Shown here: positions 25,150 through 32,000 of the stretch, piece by piece
Layout of the letters: every line of letters starts with the position of its first letter
How positions within the stretch are numbered: position 1 is the stretch's first letter
Source of the DNA: an uncultured Actinomycetes bacterium
GTDB lineage: Bacteria; Actinomycetota; Actinomycetes; S36-B12; CAIYMF01
Length of the DNA stretch: 32,000 nt
Assembly: GCA_963843975.1 (NCBI GenBank)
Contig: CAWJMG010000003.1
Coordinates: 1,290,001-1,322,000 of the forward strand
Reading direction: 5' to 3'
Notes under the pieces: generated by a model
Told to the model about the DNA's origin: nothing
The model's database searches: none
The model's input: only the letters and a program-made list of their open reading frames with translations
Translations under genes and position numbers: made by a program

Positions 25150-25880
25150 GCGCCGTCGGCAGTGGCTCGCTCGTCGTCGTCACCGGCGCAGGCGGCCCCG
25201 CGGGCATGGCGATGGTGCAGGCGCTGATCGCGACCGGCGCGAACGTCGTCGGCGCCGACCGCGACCAAACCAAGCTCGACGACGTCGCAGCCCTCCTCGG
25301 CGACGACGCGTCGCGCTTCAGCGGCCAGGTCGTCGACCTCCTCGACGCAGAAGCCGTCACGGCCTGGGCCGACGCGGTCGCCGACGCTCACCCGGGCGGC
25401 ACGCCGCGCGTGGACGGCGTCGTGCACCTCGTCGGCGGCTGGCGCGGCGGCAAGACCTTCCTCGACAACACCGTCGCCGACGCCGAGCTCATGCTGGACC
25501 TGCTCGTCCGCACCCTGCAGCACGTGTCGATCGCCTACCACGACCACCTGGTCGCCTCGCCGCGCAGCGAGTTCGTCATCGTGTCGGCCGCCGCCGCCGA
25601 GAAGCCCACCGCGGGCAACGCCGCCTACGCCACGGCGAAGTCCGCGGCCGAGGCGTGGACCGCTGCGCTCGCCGACTCGTTCGGCAAGGTCGCCCCCGAC
25701 CGCGCCGCCGCCACCACCCTCGTGGTCAAGGCGCTCGTGCACGACGCGATGCGCGCCGCCGACCCCAGCAAGACGTTCCCCGGCTACACCGACGTGAGGG
25801 ACCTCGCCGCCGAGACGGTGGCGCTGTGGGATCTCGACGCCGCCACCGCCAACGGCCTCCGGAAGGTGCTCGTCCCGTGA
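25146..25880 (+). CDS. Short-chain dehydrogenase/reductase (SDR) family oxidoreductase
   Basis: VVVTGAGGPAGMAMVQAL (TGxxGxxG Rossmann motif) and catalytic YATAKSAAE (YxxxK). Start and stop are both coupled to neighbouring genes. Confidence 0.85.
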   Translation: MSAVGSGSLVVVTGAGGPAGMAMVQALIATGANVVGADRDQTKLDDVAALLGDDASRFSGQVVDLLDAEAVTAWADAVADAHPGGTPRVDGVVHLVGGWRGGKTFLDNTVADAELMLDLLVRTLQHVSIAYHDHLVASPRSEFVIVSAAAAEKPTAGNAAYATAKSAAEAWTAALADSFGKVAPDRAAATTLVVKALVHDAMRAADPSKTFPGYTDVRDLAAETVALWDLDAATANGLRKVLVP

Positions 25881-26917
25881 CCAGCTTCGCCAGCGACAAC
25901 TACAGCGGCGTCCATCCCGCCGTCCTCGACGCGATCGCCGCGGCCAACACCGGCCGCGAGCCGGCGTACGGCCGGGACACCACCACCCTGCGCCTGCAGG
26001 AGACGTTCCGCCGCCACTTCGGCGAGCAGGCCGAGGCGTTCCCGGTCTTCAACGGCACCGGCGCCAACGTCGTCGCGCTCGCCGCGATGACGACGCGCTA
26101 CGGCTCGGTCGTCTGCACGTCGACGGCGCACATCCACGTCGACGAGTGCGGCGCGCCGGAGAAGGTCGGCGGCGTCAAGCTGCTGACCATCCCGACGTAC
26201 GACGGCAAGCTGACGCCCGAGCTGATCGACCTCGAGGCCCGCGGCATGGACGACGTGCACCGCGCGCAGCCGCAGGTCGTGAGCATCACGCAGACCACCG
26301 AGCTCGGCACGGCGTACACGGTCGAGGAGATCCGCGCGATCTGCGACCACGCGCACTCGCTCGACCTCGCCGTGCACCTCGACGGCGCCCGCATCGCCAA
26401 CGCGGCCGCGCACCTCGACGTGCCGCTGCGCGCATTCACCACCGACGCCGGGGTCGACGTCGTGTCGTTCGGCGGCACCAAGAACGGGCTCATGCTCGGC
26501 GAGGCCGTCGTCGTCCTGAACCCCTCTGCCGCACCGCATCTCGACTACATCCGCAAGTCCAGCACACAGCTCGCGTCGAAGATGCGCTTCGTGTCGGCGC
26601 AGCTCGAGGCCCTGCTCGGCACCGACCTCTGGATCGACAACGCCCGCCACGCCAACGCGATGGCGCAGCGCCTGGCGAACGGGCTCGAGGGTCTCGTCGA
26701 GATCCCGCGCCCGGTGCAGGCCAACGCCGTGTTCGTCCGTCTCCCGCAGGCGGTCATCGACGACCTGCGTGCGACGTACGAGTTCTACGACTGGGACGAG
26801 ACGGTCGGCGAGGTGCGCTGGATGACGGCGTGGGACCACACGCCCGAGGAGGTCGACGCGTTCGTCGCCGACGTCCGCACCGCACTCGCTCGCGCAGGCG
26901 CACCCGTCCCGGCCTGA
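25877..26917 (+). CDS. ltaE: Low-specificity L-threonine aldolase (PLP-dependent, beta-eliminating lyase family)
   Basis: GTG 25877 overlaps the SDR stop (GTGA). Motifs: FASDNYSGVHPAVLDAI.., FNGTGANVVAL, HLDGARIANAA, and SFGGTKNG (PLP lysine). Confidence 0.85.
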   Translation: MTSFASDNYSGVHPAVLDAIAAANTGREPAYGRDTTTLRLQETFRRHFGEQAEAFPVFNGTGANVVALAAMTTRYGSVVCTSTAHIHVDECGAPEKVGGVKLLTIPTYDGKLTPELIDLEARGMDDVHRAQPQVVSITQTTELGTAYTVEEIRAICDHAHSLDLAVHLDGARIANAAAHLDVPLRAFTTDAGVDVVSFGGTKNGLMLGEAVVVLNPSAAPHLDYIRKSSTQLASKMRFVSAQLEALLGTDLWIDNARHANAMAQRLANGLEGLVEIPRPVQANAVFVRLPQAVIDDLRATYEFYDWDETVGEVRWMTAWDHTPEEVDAFVADVRTALARAGAPVPA

Positions 26918-26921
26918 CGCG

Positions 26922-27425
26922 TCAGGAGCCCTCGGTCATCGGGCCCGTGACGCGTCGCTCGGGGTCGACGTTCTCCAGGACCGAGTCGGCGATCGCGACC
27001 AGCTGCGCCAGCTGCTCGCGGCTGAGCCCGTCGATCACGTAGTGCCGTACGGCGTCGAGGTGGCCGGGCGCCGACTCGACGACCTTGTCCCAGCCCTCGG
27101 GCGTGAGGCGGGCGTTGGTGGCCCGGCGGTCCTCCGGGCACGGGAACCGCTCGATGAGCCCGCGCGACTCCAGGCGCGAGGCGACGTGCGACAGCCGCGA
27201 CAGCGACGCGCTCGCGCGCTCGGCGAGCGCGGTCATGCGCAGCGTGCCGCCCTCGGCCTCGGACAGCATCGAGAGCACCCAGTACTCGAAGTGCGTGAGG
27301 TCGGAGTCGCGGCGCAGCTGGGCGTCGAGCGCCGCGGGCAGCAGCTCGGTGAGTGCGGCGAGGCGCACCCAGGCCGCGCGCTCCGCCGCGTCCAGCCACC
27401 TCGGCTCGTCCGACCCGCTGCTCAT
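26922..27425 (-). CDS. MarR-family transcriptional regulator
   Basis: ATG 27425 (MSSGSDEPRWLDAAERAAW..). Winged-helix core: LTHFEYWVLSMLSEAEGGTLRMTALAERASASLSRLSHVASRLESRGLIERFPCPEDRRATNARLTPEG. Confidence 0.88.
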   Translation of the reverse strand: MSSGSDEPRWLDAAERAAWVRLAALTELLPAALDAQLRRDSDLTHFEYWVLSMLSEAEGGTLRMTALAERASASLSRLSHVASRLESRGLIERFPCPEDRRATNARLTPEGWDKVVESAPGHLDAVRHYVIDGLSREQLAQLVAIADSVLENVDPERRVTGPMTEGS

Positions 27426-27441
27426 GGGCCCATCGTAGCAA

Positions 27442-27492
27442 TTACTTGACGGAACAACCATTACCTCCTACGTTGTTACTTGAAACGTCAAG
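27442..27492 (+). promoter_or_regulatory. Promoter/operator between the MarR gene and the F420-reductase gene
   Basis: -35 TTGACG (27446-27451), 17-nt spacer, -10 TACGTT (27469-27474). Direct repeat TTACTTGA at 27442-27449 and 27476-27483. Inverted elements: TTGACG/CGTCAA (27446-51 / 27486-91), AACAAC/GTTGTT (27453-58 / 27472-77) and CTTGA-N4-TCAAG (27479-27492). Confidence 0.5.
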
Positions 27493-27521
27493 CAATCACC
27501 CGCAGACTCAGGGAGAACCCC

Positions 27522-28097
27522 ATGGCCACCGTCACCATCATCGGCAAGGGCAACATCGGCTCGGCCGTCGCCGCGATCGCCGCCAAGGGCGGCAACGACG
27601 TCCAGATCCTCGACACCACCACCCCCGACACCGCCATCATCGGCGACGTCGTCGTCCTGGCCGTGCCCCACCCGGCCGTGGCCGAGATCGTCGCCGCCCG
27701 TGGCGAGCAGCTCGCCGGCAAGATCGTCGTCGACCCCACCAACCCGGTGGACTTCGAGACCTTCGACGGCCTCGTCGTGCCGGCCGACTCCTCCAAGGCC
27801 GCCGAGATCGCCGCCGCCCTTCCCGACTCCAGGGTCGTGAAGGCGTTCAACACGAACTTCGCCGCGACGCTGGTGGCCGGCACCGTCGGCATCAACCCGA
27901 CGACAGTCCTGCTCGCCGGCGACGACGCCGACGCGAAGGCCACGGTCGCCGCGATCGTCGCCGACGGCGGCCTCGCCGTGATCGACGCCGGATCGCTCAA
28001 GCGCGCACGTGAGCTCGAGGCCATCGGCTTCCTGCAGATCACCCTGGCCGCGGCCGAGAAGACCAGCTGGGTCGGCGGGTTCGCCGTCATCGCCTGA
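27522..28097 (+). CDS. NADPH-dependent F420 reductase-like oxidoreductase
   Basis: ATG 27522 follows GGGAGAA (27511-27517). N-terminal Rossmann motif: MATVTIIGKGNIGSAVAAIAAKGGNDVQILD. ..VVKAFNT.. and ..DDADAKATV.. are typical of this family. Confidence 0.8.
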   Translation: MATVTIIGKGNIGSAVAAIAAKGGNDVQILDTTTPDTAIIGDVVVLAVPHPAVAEIVAARGEQLAGKIVVDPTNPVDFETFDGLVVPADSSKAAEIAAALPDSRVVKAFNTNFAATLVAGTVGINPTTVLLAGDDADAKATVAAIVADGGLAVIDAGSLKRARELEAIGFLQITLAAAEKTSWVGGFAVIA

Positions 28098-28111
28098 CGC
28101 ACCCCACTCCC

Positions 28112-28146
28112 CGAGGGGCGCCGACCGTCGCGGTCGGCGCCCCTCG
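28112..28146 (+). terminator. Perfect 16-bp GC hairpin, terminator of the F420-reductase gene
   Basis: cgaggggcgccgaccg (28112-28127) and cggtcggcgcccctcg (28131-28146) are exact reverse complements with a 3-nt loop. It starts 15 nt after the stop codon. Confidence 0.7.
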
Positions 28147-28355
28147 TCGTGCGCCCGGACGGAGTACGCCGATCGGGCGCCCCGATGCCGCGGGACACGC
28201 TTCGTGACCGGCATCCGGAGCGTGACGACGGATGACCGGTCAACCGGCACCACCGGGCCACGGAGAGTCACCCGCTCGGCCGATGCGTCGCCACGCACGG
28301 TGACGGCACCCTGGTCGGACCACGGTCGTGTGAGGGCTCGACCGGAGTACCAGGG

Positions 28356-28853
28356 GTGGGGTGTGCCATGGCGTCGACGCTCATCGCCGTCCCCCTCGTC
28401 GGTGTCGACCTGGTCCGCGTGCAGGACGTCGCCGACTCCGTCGAGCGCTTCGGAGCCCGCTACCTGGACCGCGTCTTCACCCCGGCCGAGCAGTCCTACT
28501 GCGCCGCCGAGCCCTCCGTCCGCATCCAGCGACTGGCCGCCCGGTTCGCGGCCAAGGAGGCCGTGGTCAAGGTGCTACGGCCCGAGGGCGCACGCCCGGA
28601 GTGGACCAGCATCGAGGTCGTGCGGCTCGACTCGGGCGCGTGCGACCTGCGCCTCACCGGCACCGCCGCCGCTCTCGCCGCCGAGGCCGGTATCACCGCC
28701 CTCGCCGTCTCGCTCACCCACGAGCACGACCACGCGGCCGCCGCCGTCGTAGGCCTCTGCGCGCCCGGGAGCGACCCCGACTACCTGCTCGACGATCTTC
28801 GTCGCGCGGCATCAGGCGCCCTCACGGCGCCGTCCTGGAAGGAACTCCCGTGA
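28356..28853 (+). CDS. acpS: Holo-[acyl-carrier-protein] synthase (AcpS-type 4'-phosphopantetheinyl transferase) with a C-terminal extension
   Basis: GVDLVRVQDV..RVFTPAEQSYC..RLAARFAAKEAVVKVL..IEVVRLDSGACDLRLTG..LAVSLTHEHDHAAAAVV matches the AcpS core. GTG 28356 lies 8 nt after GGAG; ATG 28368 is an alternative. About 35 extra C-terminal residues. Stop overlaps the ACP start. Confidence 0.85.
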   Translation: MGCAMASTLIAVPLVGVDLVRVQDVADSVERFGARYLDRVFTPAEQSYCAAEPSVRIQRLAARFAAKEAVVKVLRPEGARPEWTSIEVVRLDSGACDLRLTGTAAALAAEAGITALAVSLTHEHDHAAAAVVGLCAPGSDPDYLLDDLRRAASGALTAPSWKELP

Positions 28854-29101
28854 GCGACACGTCCACGATCGTCCGCACCGTCCTCGAGGAGCACGGCCGC
28901 CTTGCGGTTCCCGTCACGGGCCTCGACACCGAGACCGACCTGTACGCCGCCGGCCTCACCTCGCACGCGAGCGTCAACGTGATGCTCGCGCTCGAGGATG
29001 CGTTCGACCTCGAGTTCCCGGAACGGCTCCTCAAGAAGGCCACCTTCGGCAGCCTCGGCGCGATCGTCGAGGCCGTCGACGAGATCCGGGTCGACGCATG
29101 A
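28850..29101 (+). CDS. Stand-alone acyl/aminoacyl carrier protein
   Basis: GTG 28850 overlaps the acpS stop (GTGA), with GGAAGGAA upstream. 83 aa four-helix-type ACP. Putative phosphopantetheine attachment Ser is in DLYAAGLTSHASVNVMLALE (tcg at 28961-28963). Confidence 0.8.
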   Translation: MSDTSTIVRTVLEEHGRLAVPVTGLDTETDLYAAGLTSHASVNVMLALEDAFDLEFPERLLKKATFGSLGAIVEAVDEIRVDA

Positions 29102-30255
29102 CCGTCGTGGCCACCGACCGCTCGCTCTCCGAGCGCGTCGCCGAGATCGCCCGCGACGTCGTGGGCCCTGCAGCAGCCGACGTCGACGCCAAGGCGCGCT
29201 TCCCGCACGAGGCGTTCGCCGCGCTCAAGGAGATCGGCGCGATGTCGGCGCTGGTCAGCGTCGAGGAGGGCGGCGGGGGCGCCAGTCTCGCCGAGGTCGG
29301 GCGCGCGACCGAGGAGCTCGGCCGCTACTGCGCCTCGACCGCGATGATCTTCGCGATGCACCAGATCCAGGCCGCGTGCCTGGTGCGGCACGGCCGCTCG
29401 CCGGTGTTCGCCGAGCTTCGCCGCCGCCTCGTGGAGGAGCAGCTCATCCTCGCGTCCGCGACCACCGAGCTCGGCATCGGCGGCGACGTCCGCACGAGCT
29501 CGTGCGCCGTCGAGACCGTGGGCGACCGCTACCGCCTCGAGAAGAACGCGCCCGTCATCTCGTACGCCCTCCACGCCGACGCCATCTTCGTCACCGCCCG
29601 CGCGACGCCCGACAGCCCGCCGAGCGACCAGTCGCTCGTCGTGTGCCTGAAGGACGACCTCGAGCTCGAGCCCACGGGCGTCTGGGACACCCTCGGGTTC
29701 CGCGGCACCTGCTCCCCCGGCTTCGTCCTGCGCTCCGAAGGCCCGATCACGCACGTCCTCGACGACCCGTACGGCGACATGTCCGCGCGCACGATGCTCC
29801 CGGTCTCGCACTCGCTGTGGGGCCACGTGTGGCTCGGCATCGCCGATGCCGCTGTCGAGAACGCGCGCCGCTTCGTGCGCAAGGCCGCTCGCTCCAAGCC
29901 GGGCACCACGCCCCCCGGCGCGCTGCGCCTCGTCGAGGTCGTCACTCAGCACCAGGAGCTCGCCGAGCTCGTGCACGGCGCTGCCGCCCGCTTCGACGCC
30001 GTCGCCACCGACGACGACGTCCTGACCTCGGTGGGCTTCGCGATCGCGATGAACAACGTGAAGCTCTCGGCGTCCACGCAGGTCATCGACATCGTCACGA
30101 AGTCGCTGCTCGTCGTGGGCATCGCGGGCTACCGCGAGGACGGACCGTTCGCCATGGGCCGCCTCGTCCGCGATGCGTACGGCGGCGCGCTCATGGTCAA
30201 CAACGACCGCATCGCGGCCAACACGGCGCAGCTCCTCCTCGTCCACAAGGACTGA
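29098..30255 (+). CDS. Acyl-CoA dehydrogenase family flavoprotein (probably acting on a carrier-protein-bound substrate)
   Basis: ATG 29098 overlaps the ACP stop (ATGA). ACAD-like segments: ASATTELGIGGDV, DTLGFRGTCSPGFVL, GIAGYREDGPFAMGRLVRDA. Confidence 0.85.
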   Translation: MTVVATDRSLSERVAEIARDVVGPAAADVDAKARFPHEAFAALKEIGAMSALVSVEEGGGGASLAEVGRATEELGRYCASTAMIFAMHQIQAACLVRHGRSPVFAELRRRLVEEQLILASATTELGIGGDVRTSSCAVETVGDRYRLEKNAPVISYALHADAIFVTARATPDSPPSDQSLVVCLKDDLELEPTGVWDTLGFRGTCSPGFVLRSEGPITHVLDDPYGDMSARTMLPVSHSLWGHVWLGIADAAVENARRFVRKAARSKPGTTPPGALRLVEVVTQHQELAELVHGAAARFDAVATDDDVLTSVGFAIAMNNVKLSASTQVIDIVTKSLLVVGIAGYREDGPFAMGRLVRDAYGGALMVNNDRIAANTAQLLLVHKD

Positions 30256-30259
30256 CGCC

Positions 30260-31183
30260 ATGACCGTCATCGACGACACCAACCTGCGCGCTGCCTTCCG
30301 CGACGAGCTGCTCGAGGCAGGGCTGCTCGTGCGGACCGACGTCGAGGGTCTGTACGGCCGGTCCGGAGTGTTCGAGGACGTCGTCGACGGGATCGACCGC
30401 GTCGTGGTCGCCGCCGGCTCGTACCTCGGGGCCCGGCGCCTGCGCTTCCCGCCGGTGCTGCCGCGCACGGTGTTCGCCCGCACCGACTACCTCGCGTCGT
30501 TCCCCAACCTGACCGGCTCGATCCACACGTTCACCGGTGACGACAAGGGTCACGCGCGTCTGCTGGCGCTGCACGAGAGCGGCGCCGACTGGACGGTCGA
30601 GCTCGAGCCGAGCGAGGTCGTGCTGGTCCCTGCCGCCTGCCACCCGGTCTACCCCACACTCACCGGCACGCTGCCCGACGGTGGCGACGTCATCGACGTC
30701 TACTCCTACTGCTTCCGGCACGAGCCGTCCGCGGACCCGGCACGCATGCAGGCGTTCCGGATGCACGAGTTCGTCCGCGTGGGGACGCCGGACGACGCGA
30801 TCGAGCACCGCGAGGCGTGGATCGAGCGGGGCCTCGACGTGCTCTCCACGCTCGGCCTCACCGCCGAGGCGGAGATCGCGAACGACCCGTTCTTCGGCCG
30901 CGCCGGCCGCATGCTCAAGGTCAACCAGCGCGACCAGGCGCTCAAGTTCGAGCTCGTCGTGCGGCTGTACGGCGACGACGTGCCGGGCACCGCGGTCGTG
31001 TCGGCCAACTGCCACCAGGACCACTTCGGCACGCCGTTCGGCATCCGCACCGCCGACGGCGAGGTGGCGCACTCCGCCTGCGTCGGCTTCGGCATGGAGC
31101 GGATCGCGCTCGCGCTCCTGCGCCACCACGGCCTCGACCCGGCCGCGTGGCCCGCCTCGGTGCGGGCGGCGATGTGGCCGTGA
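30260..31183 (+). CDS. Amino acid--[acyl-carrier-protein] ligase (truncated seryl-tRNA-synthetase-like class II enzyme)
   Basis: ATG 30260 lies 4 nt after the ACAD stop. 307 aa with class II aaRS motif 2 (YCFRHEPS) and motif 3 (GFGMERIALALL), and no SerRS N-terminal tRNA-binding arm. It sits next to an ACP and a PPTase. Confidence 0.8.
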   Translation: MTVIDDTNLRAAFRDELLEAGLLVRTDVEGLYGRSGVFEDVVDGIDRVVVAAGSYLGARRLRFPPVLPRTVFARTDYLASFPNLTGSIHTFTGDDKGHARLLALHESGADWTVELEPSEVVLVPAACHPVYPTLTGTLPDGGDVIDVYSYCFRHEPSADPARMQAFRMHEFVRVGTPDDAIEHREAWIERGLDVLSTLGLTAEAEIANDPFFGRAGRMLKVNQRDQALKFELVVRLYGDDVPGTAVVSANCHQDHFGTPFGIRTADGEVAHSACVGFGMERIALALLRHHGLDPAAWPASVRAAMWP

Positions 31184-32000
31184 CGACGACCTCGGTCTCG
31201 CTGCTGCCGGTGACCGCCGCGTCGTTCGTGCCCGACCCGCTGCACGCCGCGGACCGCGACTGGACCGAGACCAACTGCTACGTCGACCTCTGGATCGAGG
31301 TGCTGCACGCCCTCGGCCTCGACGCCGGCGCGGCGGGCGCATGCACCCTCAGCACGCGGTTCGAGGGCGACCAGTGGACCTTCCTCAAATACCCGCCCGA
31401 GGACCTGCGCGCCCTGTACGGCATCGAGGTGTCCGAGCTCAACGTCTGGCGCCCAGTGCTCGACCACGTCGTCGAGCACCTCGCCCTCGGCAACCTGCTC
31501 ACGGTCGAGGTGGACGGCTGGTACCTGCCCGACACCGCCGGGGCGTCGTACCGCACCGAGCACGTGAAGACCACGATCGTGCCGCAGGACGTCGACACAG
31601 TCGGGCGCCGTCTCGGCTACTTCCACAACGCAGGCTACTTCGAGCTCGAGGGCGACGACTTCGACGGCGCTTTCCGCCTCGGACGGCGCTTCGACGACGA
31701 CGTGCTGCCGCCGTACGTCGAGCTCGTACGCCTCGACCGACTGCGCAAGGACACCGACCTCGTCGGCCAGGCGGTCGCGCTCGTCGGCGACCACCTCGCG
31801 CGGCGCCCGGCGGGCAACCCTGTCGCCGACCTCGGCGCCCGCCTCCGTGCCGACGCCCCGTGGATCGCGGCCGAGGGCCTCGAGGCGTTCCACAAGTACG
31901 CGTTCGGCACGCTGCGGCAGTGCGGCGCGACCGCGGAGCTCGCCGCCGACCTGTGCACGTGGCTCGGCCGCAACGCCGGAGCCCCGCTCGACTCCGCCGC
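31180..32000 (+). CDS. Conserved hypothetical protein, 3'-truncated by the window (I recall this family as DUF1839; unverified)
   Basis: GTG 31180 overlaps the ligase stop (GTGA). My translation is open to the window end with high GC3: VTTTSVSLLPVTAASFVPDPLHAADRDWTETNCYVDLWIEVLHALGLD..TVEVDGWYLPDT..HVKTTIVPQ..GYFHNAGYFELEG... Absent from the ORF track because there is no stop in the window. Confidence 0.7.
   Translation, partial: MTTTSVSLLPVTAASFVPDPLHAADRDWTETNCYVDLWIEVLHALGLDAGAAGACTLSTRFEGDQWTFLKYPPEDLRALYGIEVSELNVWRPVLDHVVEHLALGNLLTVEVDGWYLPDTAGASYRTEHVKTTIVPQDVDTVGRRLGYFHNAGYFELEGDDFDGAFRLGRRFDDDVLPPYVELVRLDRLRKDTDLVGQAVALVGDHLARRPAGNPVADLGARLRADAPWIAAEGLEAFHKYAFGTLRQCGATAELAADLCTWLGRNAGAPLDSA

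Noticed and set aside
25007-25876. Upstream extensions of the aldolase ORF (25007-) and similarly of the MFS ORF (15407-15649), the HNH ORF (22380-22430) and the glycosidase ORF (18757-18876).
   Set aside because: The extensions are Arg/Pro-rich, overlap neighbouring genes or hairpins, and are not needed. Internal starts give canonical N-termini.
26913-26926. Perfect 14-nt palindrome CCTGACGCGTCAGG containing the stop codons of both convergent genes (ltaE TGA 26915-26917, marR TCA 26922-26924).
   Set aside because: It is too short, with essentially no loop, to be a convincing terminator. It is probably a by-product of two abutting stop codons.

Overview
Very GC-rich segment with strong third-position G/C bias, the codon style typical of actinobacteria. 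I support about 27 protein-coding genes. I saw no rRNA, tRNA, CRISPR array, transposase or integrase. All calls come from reading the sequence and ORF track by eye; family names are from memory and need HMM confirmation.

Layout:
- Left third (139-12675, minus strand): four tandem paralogous secreted proteins. Each has a signal peptide, an unassigned ~400-aa Asp-box-like domain, 2-4 PKD repeats, and a C-terminal malectin-like or FN3 module. A convergent GT2 glycosyltransferase gene interrupts the array, and a secreted possible beta-helix protein follows it.
- Centre (13774-17122): an XRE-HTH + TPR regulator sits divergent from a well-supported 60-codon secreted-peptide ORF. A perfect GC hairpin and an MFS sugar porter follow. 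This resembles Rgg/RRNPP peptide-receptor systems.
- 17223-23496: a frameshifted small gene, a secreted phosphodiester glycosidase, a membrane-protein/HTH/dehydrogenase operon with a clear promoter-operator, a DUF222-HNH gene, and a VOC + AraC pair.
- Right third (23815-26917): a translationally coupled operon of an unknown protein, an SDR and a threonine aldolase, followed by a MarR / F420-reductase pair.
- Right edge (28356 to window end): a tightly coupled carrier-protein pathway of AcpS-type PPTase, ACP, acyl-CoA-dehydrogenase-like protein, SerRS-like amino acid:[carrier protein] ligase and a DUF1839-like protein. It is truncated by the window edge.

Most interesting candidates: the peptide/receptor pair, the stand-alone aminoacyl-carrier-protein pathway, and the paralog array with its unassigned domain.
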